Shown piece by piece: positions 40,306-49,797 of a DNA stretch of 64,000 nt. The stretch is taken from IMG/VR virus record IMGVR_UViG_3300047480_000598, positions 64,001-128,000 of that record; one strand, 5' to 3'. The first letter of the stretch is position 1. The number at the start of each line of letters is the position of its first letter. The stretch comes from a virus. A model generated the notes under the pieces. The model had not been told where the DNA came from. It was given only the letters and a program-made list of their open reading frames with translations, and searched no databases. Both the position numbers and the translations under genes were made by a program.

Positions 40306-41400
40306 TTAAATTTTTAGTCCAGCAAGGCGGCGAATGTCGACAATATTCGAATCATCCTCGCTGCTACGAATGCTGTTGGAAACTTTGTTTCCTGTAATTT
40401 CTTTAGCCTCAATTAGTGCCTGTTTCTTCTGCGGAGCTTTTCCAGCAACAACTGCCGGTAGATACTTGTCAAAACTTTCTGTAAGTTTCGATGTTTTCAC
40501 ACTCTCCATCAATTCACCCATGATTCGACGTTGCTCTGAACTTAACGGAGCAAGTAATTCACTCATGATTTCTTTTCTTTGTTGCGATTCTTTAAGTCTC
40601 GCAATCTCTGCGTTTTTACTTTCTACTAGTGACTTAGCTTCTAAAGCCTTATCTTCGGCTTCAGCGATTGCCAACTCCTTCATGTCTATGACCTTGAGTA
40701 ACTTTGCAGTTTCAGATTTTTCGCTTAAGTAGGAAGTTGAGTATTCAGCTGCAAATGCTTCGAATAGCTTACGACCGAAATCGTTACGACGAGCTGAATC
40801 GATGTCTTCTTTAAGTGATGCTAGTTCAGTCTTTAAACTTTCGCTAACAACTTTGTTAACCATCTTAGCTGCACGTTGTACAAACTCTTCCTTAACTTTT
40901 TTGATCTGTTCTTTACCTTCGCGGACAACACGTACCTTTGTAGCAGCTACGTCTTGCTTGTCCTTGTAAAACTCAGTAATTTCTTGAGCTAGAGCTTCGA
41001 CAACAAATTGTTCTAATTTGCCAAACTTTTTAGCCATTACGACTTGATCTTCATGCAATTCACGAACTTCTGATGCTAATTGACGAGTAACAAATTTACT
41101 CATTGTGTTAGCACTTTCAGTCATTTTCTTAGCATACTTTACTTTCATTTCTGCTAAGTGCTTGCGATCGTCTACGAATTCTGCAAGTTCGCCTGCTAGT
41201 CCGTCAGTAATCATACGATTAACTGCTTCAATCATAACGTTCTTATCGTGATCGTATTTTTGTGCAAATTCTTCACGCAATTGTTGTGCAACTTGTTCGC
41301 GATTTTCAGTGATCTTCGCTTCCCAAGCTGACTCGATTGACTCTTGAATCTCTTCAGAAATCACATTGTTTTCGAATAACTTTTTTAATGCATCCAACAT
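40306..41400 (-). CDS. gp22: Prohead core scaffold protein (gp22-like)
   Basis: Coiled-coil E/K-rich protein between protease and MCP. Confidence 0.8.
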   Translation of the reverse strand: MLDALKKLFENNVISEEIQESIESAWEAKITENREQVAQQLREEFAQKYDHDKNVMIEAVNRMITDGLAGELAEFVDDRKHLAEMKVKYAKKMTESANTMSKFVTRQLASEVRELHEDQVVMAKKFGKLEQFVVEALAQEITEFYKDKQDVAATKVRVVREGKEQIKKVKEEFVQRAAKMVNKVVSESLKTELASLKEDIDSARRNDFGRKLFEAFAAEYSTSYLSEKSETAKLLKVIDMKELAIAEAEDKALEAKSLVESKNAEIARLKESQQRKEIMSELLAPLSSEQRRIMGELMESVKTSKLTESFDKYLPAVVAGKAPQKKQALIEAKEITGNKVSNSIRSSEDDSNIVDIRRLAGLKI

Positions 41401-41413
41401 GTGATTCTCCTTG

Positions 41414-42040
41414 TTATTGGAGTTTGCTTATTATTCCTAATAAGCTCTCTTTGAGATATTTTTGTGCTTTCGGATCACCCTTCACCTCTTGCGCTATGCG
41501 TAAGGCACTATAACCTCCCTTATTGTTCATAAGGTGTTCATAGATTGGTGTCGGATAAGCTCCCGGTGCACTAGGTTGAGCTACCATATCTACTGTGATA
41601 ATCTCAAAATCTGATACTTCGCCAGATCCGTCATCTTTAACGTTTCCGGATCCTCGACTTGACACACCTAATTTTACGCCGCTTTCGAGCATAGTCTTAA
41701 TTAGCTGTCCCATTGGGGTTGGTAAAATTTTCAATTTACCATAACCATTTGGACCGTCCATCCACATATTTGTTATCATGTGCGACACACGGTCCAGGTT
41801 AATTTTTAGATCATCTGGATGGTCTACTTCTCCAAGAACAGAGTAACCATTTTGAATCTGATCGTTAAGAGTTTTCACTGCCCTGCTAATCTCACTCACA
41901 GGATAAACTCGTTGATTAGCATTGCGAATGCCTCCTTGTATACAAATACCATTCATATACAAGTTCTTACCTTCTTTATCGTCAGATTCAAGTACGATTT
42001 TTGCCTCGTTAAAGGTTAAGTTTTCTCGAAGATGTAACAT
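41414..42040 (-). CDS. gp21: Prohead protease (gp21)
   Basis: NANQRVYP, LGEVDHP, LGVSSRGSG and DMVAQPSAPGA motifs. Confidence 0.93.
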   Translation of the reverse strand: MLHLRENLTFNEAKIVLESDDKEGKNLYMNGICIQGGIRNANQRVYPVSEISRAVKTLNDQIQNGYSVLGEVDHPDDLKINLDRVSHMITNMWMDGPNGYGKLKILPTPMGQLIKTMLESGVKLGVSSRGSGNVKDDGSGEVSDFEIITVDMVAQPSAPGAYPTPIYEHLMNNKGGYSALRIAQEVKGDPKAQKYLKESLLGIISKLQ

Positions 42041-42050
42041 CTATATAACC

Positions 42051-42948
42051 TTATCTTACTTTCTTACCAATAAGACTGCTCTTATTGTCGGCCTTTTCAG
42101 AAGTGCCTTTCTTCTCTGCACCGTGACCTGGTTCTCTGTGTGTAAAGCCAGTCTTTCCTGCCTTACCGCCAGGTACATTGATGTTTCCAAAGTTTTCTTC
42201 CTTAGGATTGCCTTTGAATACACCGTTGCCTTTTAGGTGACCTTTATTTGCAAATGTAGGGGATTCAGTATCACCACGTAGGATGTTAGCTGTTGTTCCG
42301 CCCATATCGTTCTTCATGTTATCAACAACACTCTTGGTGTTAACACCGTTATCACCGTGCTTAGGAAGTGCTACTTTGTTCACATATTCCATGAATTCCA
42401 TGAATTCTTCATCACTTGCTTGTGTTTCATCGTGGATGTAGTGGTGTACTTCTTTGACTTCCTTATCGTCTGCACCCAAATTCGTCTCCGCCCATATCAT
42501 CTTCTTCACCACCGAAATCCATTTCTGAATGTTCTGGTTCTTCTGATTCACCGGACATTAATTGATCAAATTCAGCTTTTAGTTCTTCTAAAGCATCTTC
42601 AAGATCCATAACGCGATCTTCTAAATCTTCGTCTCCACTTTCTGAATCAAATTCAGTGTCAGAGTCGTCAGCAAAGTCGTCAGAAGCATCACCTTCTTCA
42701 TCTTCACCTTCTTCATCTTCCTCTTCTTCGCCTTCTTCCTCTTCACCGCCGAAAGGGTTAGATGAATCGTCTTCTGACTCTTCTTCCTCTTCTTCAGCTT
42801 CGTTTAGATCGAAGTCTTCTGCTAATAATTCTTCATAAATTTCACGCGATTTCGCAACTACGATATTGTGAAATATTTCCTTTGCTGCTTCTTGGTCTTC
42901 GTTAATTAAGGCCTCAAGCATTGCTTCAAATTGAGCACGGTCAGTCAT
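42051..42948 (-). CDS. Highly acidic prohead core protein (gp67/68 position) split by a +1 frameshift near 42476
   Basis: ORF 42463..42948 ends GAA TTT GGG TGC AGA CGA TAA; removing one G gives ...EFGADDKEVKE and joins ORF 42051..42551 into one 298-aa protein. Confidence 0.7.
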
Positions 42949-43060
42949 AATTTTTTTCTCCTGTGAATAATTACAAGGCTGTAGTATTATTTACAATTAA
43001 TTTATAAAAATAGGATAATATCGCCTAAAAATAGACGATTTTAATCTCATGTAGGATTAT

Positions 43061-43300
43061 TTATATCTGAGGAGGTGGTTGTGTCTTATACATACTTTGT
43101 ATAAACGATAGCTCACCCTCTTGTTCGATAATGTGCGCTTCGCTAGATTTTCTAAGTTCGTTTAACTGTTTTAATGTTAATCGTGTTTTTCTAGTGTCAT
43201 TGCGGTGCAGGGTAGTAGCATCTCGGTTAGAATCATATCTAAAATCGTTTGCTACACGTCTAGTATCCGGATCAATATAAAACAATTCTCTTAATATCAT
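43061..43300 (-). CDS. Small head-module protein
   Basis: 79-aa ORF between portal and core gene; RKTRLTLKQLNELRK. Confidence 0.7.
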   Translation of the reverse strand: MILRELFYIDPDTRRVANDFRYDSNRDATTLHRNDTRKTRLTLKQLNELRKSSEAHIIEQEGELSFIQSMYKTQPPPQI

Positions 43301-43305
43301 AATCT

Positions 43306-43313
43306 TATTTATA
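43306..43313 (-). promoter_or_regulatory. Late promoter TATAAATA overlapping the portal stop codon
   Basis: Exact consensus 5 nt before the ATG at 43300. Confidence 0.55.
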
Positions 43314-45054
43314 CCGTAGGCGGTGTTGCAGGAGCTGTTGTACTTGCAGGAGGTGCTGTTTCGGCTCCTGTAGCTCCTGCGTCTTCTTCAGATGGGATAT
43401 CGTCTGGGCCTGTTAAATCTCCCATTGCGCCTAAATCTCCTTCGATTCCTGCTGCCGATAGCCCTGCAGATCTTAATTCACCTGCAGAATCTGTAATAGT
43501 TGGTTGTCCTTTACCGTTTTCTTCTCCCCATAGACGTTCGTTTTCTGCAACTTCTTCGTCTGTTAGTCCAAGGAATCTCTTTAATGCAAAGCGTTTACTC
43601 ATAAAAGGCACGCCAGTAATAGTAGTAAATGTTCCTATTCTTTCCGAATCTAGTTGACTTTGTCGTGTACTTGCAAAATTTAAAGGAGGATTAAACTTTA
43701 ATTCAAATAGGTTTGCATCGATATTCACACCTCTTGAATACATATACATCTTAAATTCTTCATCAAATACTGCGGTTACAAGTGCTTGTAGTCGTTCACA
43801 ATACTTGTTAAATCGTAATTCTTGAATATATGCTGTACCTACACGACCGTCATTATAAGATGCTTGAGAATCGTCTGCTCCTGTTGGTAAGTAAGAGCTA
43901 GGAATACGTAAACCACGAAATAATTTGTTTGTAAAGTATTTTAAATCGTCAATTTCTCCTAAGTTAGTACCGCCTGGAAGTGTATCTACCTTCGATCCTC
44001 TACCATCTGCTGTTTGGGGGAAGAAGTAATCTTCGTTGATTGATAGTGGGTTGTATGCACTATCGATAACATTCTGTCCTCCACCACTCTGACTCGGAAT
44101 ACGACGTTGATGTATTTCATTTTTAATTCTTTCAACATAACTCATTGCCATGTGTCCAGGCATGTTACCTACATCGATATAAAAAATTCTACGTTCAGGA
44201 GCACGTTGTATACGATAAATTAGAATTGCATCTTCTAATAACTCCTTTTGCTTGTAAACTTTAAAAATATTTTCAAGTAAGCTATTACCAAATGGGAAAT
44301 TATTATCTAGACCTTCTGATAAAGAAATGTGTACAATATGTTCAGCATCGATCGCATGTTCAGTTTCAGATGATCCAAACCTTGTTCCCATTGAACTTTG
44401 CGGATAAGGTCCTGAAGATCCTCTACTTTGACCACCTTGACCTAAATAACTTGCTCCGGTAACAATGCTACCGTTAACATTTTGAGGATTAATGTTTGGA
44501 GTAATTTGTGTAGCTACTAAATTCATAAAATTTGGTGCTAAATCTTTAATTACATACTGTTCAGGTGCTTTACCGTCGCTTTCGTTGACAATAATTTTTG
44601 TTACTTTAGTTGGATCAATGTAATTCCACTTCTGTGTTTCGGGATCTCTAATAAAGAATGCATCTCCATATTTAAATGTATTGCGCATGATTCTAAAGAT
44701 ACGAACATCAAATTTTTGAAGTTTGCACCATTGTTGTAAGTACTCAGCAAGGATTCTAACTTCCGAATTAGTCGCTTTATGTCGCCACTGTACTCCAAAC
44801 GGCGTCTTACCGTCCTTTAATTTTTGTGTGCAAAATTCTGCTAGAATGTCTAGTGCTGCATTAACTTCGGGATCGCTATCCATTACTTCGTATTGTTGAT
44901 ATCTTTCAATACGATTTGGATTTCCGGTATAAACATCGGGCAAATAACTTGAATAGTTTGTTTGTGCTGGTCCTGGCTTTGCTGTGTTAGTTCCTGATAT
45001 AGGACTTAACTCAGTTGAAGTTGGTACTGGTGTAAAATATTTTTTCCAAGACAT
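43309..45054 (-). CDS. gp20: Portal protein (gp20)
   Basis: LLEDAILIYRIQRAPERRIFYIDVGNMP, EDYFFP and GSKVDTLPGGTNLGEIDD motifs. Confidence 0.95.
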   Translation of the reverse strand: MSWKKYFTPVPTSTELSPISGTNTAKPGPAQTNYSSYLPDVYTGNPNRIERYQQYEVMDSDPEVNAALDILAEFCTQKLKDGKTPFGVQWRHKATNSEVRILAEYLQQWCKLQKFDVRIFRIMRNTFKYGDAFFIRDPETQKWNYIDPTKVTKIIVNESDGKAPEQYVIKDLAPNFMNLVATQITPNINPQNVNGSIVTGASYLGQGGQSRGSSGPYPQSSMGTRFGSSETEHAIDAEHIVHISLSEGLDNNFPFGNSLLENIFKVYKQKELLEDAILIYRIQRAPERRIFYIDVGNMPGHMAMSYVERIKNEIHQRRIPSQSGGGQNVIDSAYNPLSINEDYFFPQTADGRGSKVDTLPGGTNLGEIDDLKYFTNKLFRGLRIPSSYLPTGADDSQASYNDGRVGTAYIQELRFNKYCERLQALVTAVFDEEFKMYMYSRGVNIDANLFELKFNPPLNFASTRQSQLDSERIGTFTTITGVPFMSKRFALKRFLGLTDEEVAENERLWGEENGKGQPTITDSAGELRSAGLSAAGIEGDLGAMGDLTGPDDIPSEEDAGATGAETAPPASTTAPATPPTV

Positions 45055-45064
45055 TTATGTTTCC

Positions 45065-47401
45065 TTAAATTCTGCTGCCCGACATTCCGTTCGTAATAGC
45101 TTTTGTTTGTCTGCTGACACCATCTACTACTCGATCAGTATGTGATATTAATTCTTTTATTGACATATTTAACTTTACAAGCTCATCTTTAACATCAGTC
45201 ATGGTGGTTTTATCAACCGATTGTACTGTTGTTTGATCAGATTGTTGCTGTTCTGGTTTCTTCAACGGTTCTTCTGTTGTAGTTGTTGTTTTTGTATTAG
45301 TTTTTTCTTTTGGTGGTTCTTTTAATTCTGAAGACAAAGTCGATTGCCAAGATTTAAGGGCATTACCCATTCCCGGCATATTTTTTAATGGATCAAAAGT
45401 TTTTTGATTCATTGTAGCATCTATCATTTTTTGCTTCATACCCAATGCAGCATTGATTTCATTATCTTTTTTAGTCGTAGCAGGTGAACCATTAAATCCT
45501 GTAACACCCATATCTTTTAATGTTGTGTTTAAATCTTTTGATGCAATATCGGATAAACCTTTTGCAGCTTTTGATATTGTTTCAGGAGAATATGCGTGTT
45601 GAAATACTCCGTCTGGTCCAGTCATTCCTCGTTGCAAAGTTCTTAAAAACTCTGATATACGAGCACCTTGAGGAGAATCTTCGGCAAATTCAGTTAGTGT
45701 TTGATTGTTTGTGTACCATTTTTCGCCATTTGAATCTGTACGTGTTGAAAATAAATTAGCAATATCTTTTAATTGCTGTTCAGTTATTACAGCTTCTTTA
45801 CCATGTAACTCAACTAATTCCCCATCTGGATCAAATTCTTCAAAAACTTTACCTGTTGCACCTAATGTTCCAGTTCGTCGTTTCTTTGTTGTTACCGGAA
45901 TTGATGTTGCTTCTTTAGCTGCATTTTTAAGTGATTCCTTTCCTGTGTCGACCATATCGCCGATCTTTTTAATAGTACCTTCAGGTGTTGCCATTTCTTT
46001 TAGGAAGTTATTAAATTTTGGTAACGAATCTTTAACCGAATTTCCTAATTCATCGTTTAATTTTTTAAATCCATCGGATGTTGTAGCAGCTATAACTTTA
46101 CCAAGATTATCTAAAGAGTTAATAGATCTTGAAGCTGCTGCACCTAAATCTGCTTCTCCGGATGGTAGTTCACCTTTATCTCGACTAATACCGGCTGCTC
46201 TCATTTCTTCAATTGCTGCTCGAGCTTGTTCCGGAGTAGTACCTTCTCCCATTTCTTTTTGTTTTGCAGCAACCGCTTTTTCTAATCCTAATTCTTGCTG
46301 GAAGACCTTTGCTGCGGTCCCTCCAAATATCTGTCCTTCTGTCGATACAATGCCTGTTAAGAAACTTTTATCTCTCATTCGTTCAACAATTGCTGCTTGT
46401 GCATCAATTTTTGATTTTTCCATTGTAGCTTCGTCGCCTGTTTCGATAGATTCGGCTACTTTTCTTAATTGTTCCGCTGCTTGTCCGTATGATGTAACTA
46501 ATTCGACATCCTCTTTTGACCTCGGGCCACCTGTTGCATAAATTCCTACTACTCTTTTTGCAGATTCTGACATGCCAACTGTTGTCTTTTCAAGATTTTC
46601 TGCAAACTTTTCGCCTTTTAGCATAATCATTGCTTGTATATCAGGGCGACTTTGTTCTTTCTTTAGCTCTTCTTCTTCTTGTTTTCTACTTTTGCCTGTA
46701 ACTTGTGCAGCTAAATCGATCTCAGTAGCTAGATAAACTGCGGCTGCCGCTGCTTCTTCTCTAGACTTTTTATCTGTTATATCTAATCCCCGGCGATTCA
46801 TTGCACTAATTTGTGTAATTTCGGCCAGTTCTCTTGAACTCATACCGGCAGCTTTTAAATCTCTAGCAACATCGGACTCAGCTACATCACTTAACATAGT
46901 AGTAAATGCTTTAGCAGACTTGTCCATGCCACCGCCTAGGCCTGCAAGATCTTGTGAACTCTGTGCAACAATTTCAGCAAACTCTTCCATAGTTAAATGA
47001 CCATGCATTACTGCTTGATTAAAGTCACCTAGGTTACCGTTCATAGTAATACCATATTGTGCAGTTTGTTTCATGGTATTATTAACTTGTAATACTACTC
47101 CACCTAATGTAGTAAGGGCATCGCCTGCAATATTTCCAACAGTTCCTCCAAATTTTGTTAAAACAAAGTCGGCAGCTTTGATAGCGTCGGCTGTAGTTGC
47201 TGTACCTGTGGATATTTTATTGAATACTGCAAACATACTATCGGCTGCTGTATTCAATTTAGAACCAAAGTCGGATAGCATAGGACTTCCGCCTGTCGGA
47301 GGAGGGCTAGATGGAGGTCTTGGTCTATTGCCAGTTAGTCGATTATTTTCTTCTAACGCTGCTGCTAACCGTTGAAAATCGGAACTTGTTGGATCACTCA
47401 T
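45065..47401 (-). CDS. Tape-measure-like protein
   Basis: 778-aa Ala/Lys/Glu-rich helical protein; LVELHGKEAVI motif; divergent from the hub/chaperone gene. Confidence 0.6.
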   Translation of the reverse strand: MSDPTSSDFQRLAAALEENNRLTGNRPRPPSSPPPTGGSPMLSDFGSKLNTAADSMFAVFNKISTGTATTADAIKAADFVLTKFGGTVGNIAGDALTTLGGVVLQVNNTMKQTAQYGITMNGNLGDFNQAVMHGHLTMEEFAEIVAQSSQDLAGLGGGMDKSAKAFTTMLSDVAESDVARDLKAAGMSSRELAEITQISAMNRRGLDITDKKSREEAAAAAVYLATEIDLAAQVTGKSRKQEEEELKKEQSRPDIQAMIMLKGEKFAENLEKTTVGMSESAKRVVGIYATGGPRSKEDVELVTSYGQAAEQLRKVAESIETGDEATMEKSKIDAQAAIVERMRDKSFLTGIVSTEGQIFGGTAAKVFQQELGLEKAVAAKQKEMGEGTTPEQARAAIEEMRAAGISRDKGELPSGEADLGAAASRSINSLDNLGKVIAATTSDGFKKLNDELGNSVKDSLPKFNNFLKEMATPEGTIKKIGDMVDTGKESLKNAAKEATSIPVTTKKRRTGTLGATGKVFEEFDPDGELVELHGKEAVITEQQLKDIANLFSTRTDSNGEKWYTNNQTLTEFAEDSPQGARISEFLRTLQRGMTGPDGVFQHAYSPETISKAAKGLSDIASKDLNTTLKDMGVTGFNGSPATTKKDNEINAALGMKQKMIDATMNQKTFDPLKNMPGMGNALKSWQSTLSSELKEPPKEKTNTKTTTTTEEPLKKPEQQQSDQTTVQSVDKTTMTDVKDELVKLNMSIKELISHTDRVVDGVSRQTKAITNGMSGSRI

Positions 47402-47426
47402 AAGAAAAATCTCAAAAATATACGTA

Positions 47427-47434
47427 TATAAATA
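47427..47434 (+). promoter_or_regulatory. Late promoter TATAAATA for the gp26-like gene
   Basis: Exact consensus upstream of SD GGAG (47454-47457) and ATG 47464. Confidence 0.7.
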
Positions 47435-47444
47435 CGATGTATTA

Positions 47445-47452
47445 TATTTATC
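47445..47452 (-). promoter_or_regulatory. Late promoter GATAAATA for the tape measure/portal operon
   Basis: ATAAATA core facing the plus-strand promoter. Confidence 0.6.
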
Positions 47453-47463
47453 CGGAGTTTAGT

Positions 47464-48291
47464 ATGGTTAATAACCCGTTACAGCAATTTTTTAGACAGC
47501 CAAAAATTTTTATCAGCTTACCTTCGTTAGGAGTTTACAATAATCCCGGAGTTATTCAAGGTGATGTATCAAGTTTGCCTGTTTACGGAATGACAGGTAT
47601 GGACGAGATATTAATGAAGACTCCGGACGCATTAATGACAGGAGATAGTACTGTTAAAGTAATTGAAAGTTGTTGTCCTGCAATTAAAGACGGATGGGAT
47701 GTTTCTACATTAGATGTTAATTTAATTTTAATTGCTATCAGAATTGCAACATACGGTGATAGCTTAGAAGTCACGCACACATGCACACATTGCGAAACGG
47801 AAAACAATTACGATATTAAATTAACTGCATTGATTGATCATTATAATACTTTTAAATATGATAATCGATTAGTATTAAAAGATCTATCGATATCTGTTAA
47901 ACCATTAAATTACAAGCAATCTACTGCATTTTCTCTAAAGAACTTTGAGTTACAACAAAAAGTTTCTCAGATTCAAACAATTAGCGACACATTAGAAAGA
48001 AATGCATTAGTAGCAGCACTATTTCAAGATTTAAGTGTACTTCAAAAAGAATTATTTAAAGAAAGTATTGAATCTATTCACATAGGTACAATGGAAGTTA
48101 CTGAACAAGAATATATTAATGAATGGTTGAATAATTGTGATCAATCTTATTACGAAAGTATTAAGAAGCACATTAATTTAACTAAAGATTCTATACAGAT
48201 ACCGCCGTTTACAGTAAATTGCGGAGAGTGCAGTAAGGAAAATTACATCACTATAGACTTAGATCAATCAAATTTTTTCGGAAAAGCCTAA
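47464..48291 (+). CDS. gp26: Baseplate hub subunit / tail assembly chaperone (gp26-like)
   Basis: FRQPKIFISLPS, MTGMDEI, ILIAIRIATYG, two CxxC motifs, terminal SNFF; start moved to ATG 47464 because of the SD. Confidence 0.7.
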   Translation: MVNNPLQQFFRQPKIFISLPSLGVYNNPGVIQGDVSSLPVYGMTGMDEILMKTPDALMTGDSTVKVIESCCPAIKDGWDVSTLDVNLILIAIRIATYGDSLEVTHTCTHCETENNYDIKLTALIDHYNTFKYDNRLVLKDLSISVKPLNYKQSTAFSLKNFELQQKVSQIQTISDTLERNALVAALFQDLSVLQKELFKESIESIHIGTMEVTEQEYINEWLNNCDQSYYESIKKHINLTKDSIQIPPFTVNCGECSKENYITIDLDQSNFFGKA

Positions 48292-48512
48292 TTGGTAAGT
48301 CTGTTGAAGATATCGAGCAGAAGCTAATTAGGCTAGATACTGAAATAAAAGAGTTTAAAGAAGAGCTATTTAGAATCAGTTGGCATATGAGGGGAGGTCT
48401 TTCTATGAATGATCTCTTATTTTATTACTCACACGATGATAGAGTCATGCTTTATAACATCATTAAAGAAAACATTGACTTAACTAAGAATGCTCGTATG
48501 CCGTTTCTTTAA
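48270..48512 (+). CDS. Unannotated -1-frame ORF (gp51-like hub assembly catalyst), probably reached by -1 frameshift
   Basis: Open 48237-48512: ...LIGKSVEDIEQKLIRLDTEIKEFKEELFRISWHMRGGLSMNDLLFYYSHDDRVMLYNIIKENIDLTKNARMPFL*; first ATG only at 48387; slippery A AAT TTT TTC at 48270-48279. Confidence 0.7.
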   Translation, partial: KFFRKSLIGKSVEDIEQKLIRLDTEIKEFKEELFRISWHMRGGLSMNDLLFYYSHDDRVMLYNIIKENIDLTKNARMPFL

Positions 48513-49231
48513 CGTTTCCACCCAATATTAAACTTATTTGGATCTCCTGATGTTGAAGGAGTAGACTGAAGATATGTATAAGATCCAACATCGTGAGCTG
48601 TATCAGTAGGAGTAGTTGATGCGCCTTGTCCTGGAGGAGGTGTAGAAGCAGATGTAGGAGGTATAATCTTATCTAATGTTTTTTCTTTTGCTTTTTCTAT
48701 ATAAGGATTAGCTGCACGCAATGCTCCTAATATTCCTCCACCTACATATTTTTCATATAAAGGTCCTGACTTATTAAGTAATGGAAATTTTTCTGAAAAT
48801 GCAACACCTGTTAGCCAATTACTAATAATTTTTGTCACTTCTTCTGAATTAACCCATAACATAAACTTTGCTTGACCAATAGTAGAAAGTACTTCACTAA
48901 GATAACTCGCAACAGGACTATAATCTTTAAATTTAAGTATTCCAAATGCAATTTTATCGATAAGTTTATTTCCGATAATAATCGCTGCAACTTCTGCAGA
49001 GCATTTAGCTAATTCATTTGCTTGTATTTGATTAACTTTTTCTGCTGTATATCCCGGTTGTTTTTGATTATACGCATCATTTGCTGCTTTCATATTTCTC
49101 CATGCTTCTACTATAGGTTGTCCTATATTAAATGCCTTAAATATTCCCCATACAGCAGATCCTAACCAACCAAGTCCTAACTTTTCATTAAGAGATTCAT
49201 CTTTTTCAGAGAGTATTTCACTAATTTTCAT
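48509..49231 (-). CDS. Hypothetical protein, possibly an internal head protein
   Basis: Likely start MKISEILSE at 49231; own late promoter AATAAATA at 49252-49259. Confidence 0.65.
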   Translation of the reverse strand: MKISEILSEKDESLNEKLGLGWLGSAVWGIFKAFNIGQPIVEAWRNMKAANDAYNQKQPGYTAEKVNQIQANELAKCSAEVAAIIIGNKLIDKIAFGILKFKDYSPVASYLSEVLSTIGQAKFMLWVNSEEVTKIISNWLTGVAFSEKFPLLNKSGPLYEKYVGGGILGALRAANPYIEKAKEKTLDKIIPPTSASTPPPGQGASTTPTDTAHDVGSYTYLQSTPSTSGDPNKFNIGWKR

Positions 49232-49264
49232 TTTTATTTCCAATTATCTGATATTTATTAACGT

Positions 49265-49795
49265 TTCAAGATGAACAGAGTTCATCTGTTTTTCGCTTAC
49301 GCTCAAACATTTTTCTTCTTAAGATATTTAAGGGCGAAATGAAATGAAGCACTTGATTGATATTATCTAGATAAAGCGGTCATACATCGCCCTTTGCAGG
49401 GCGAAAAAAATAAACTGGACATTATCTGAGTATCACAGTCATACAACGTTAGGACTACTATGTTACATAAAGATAGCATATTCATTAAACATGTCATCTT
49501 TATGTAACATTTCGCAGGCGGTCATCCGGTACCTGCTCATCCCGTCTTCATTACGACGGCGGCTTACAAACATACGTTATCATGCTTGCAAACGCGAGGG
49601 TTTTCTCCTCTCTTTTAGCCTTTATTTTTCTAGATAGTTTAAATCGGTTTTGTGAAGGCACATCCGATCGTCGTCCTGTTAAGGATAGTAAACTAAATCT
49701 CTGCTACAACCCAGAAATCCCTCCTTGCGACATCACCAAGGGTAAGGGCACCTAAATATCTTGCCGGTGCGAGCTTTATTTGTAGTTTGTTTGCC
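49265..49795 (-). ncRNA. Candidate large structured non-coding RNA
   Basis: No ORF of 60 aa or more; at least 10 consecutive hairpins; G-U pairs and a GCAA tetraloop only on the minus strand. Confidence 0.6.
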
Positions 49796-49797
49796 TA

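Noticed and set aside
42051-42551. Independent 166-aa gene starting MNQKNQ
   Set aside because: Its first ~25 codons are the out-of-frame reading of the upstream acidic gene; better explained as the C-terminal half of one gene
49357-49448. CRISPR or TIGR array
   Set aside because: Only two degenerate units, and no cas or Nop-domain gene in the window
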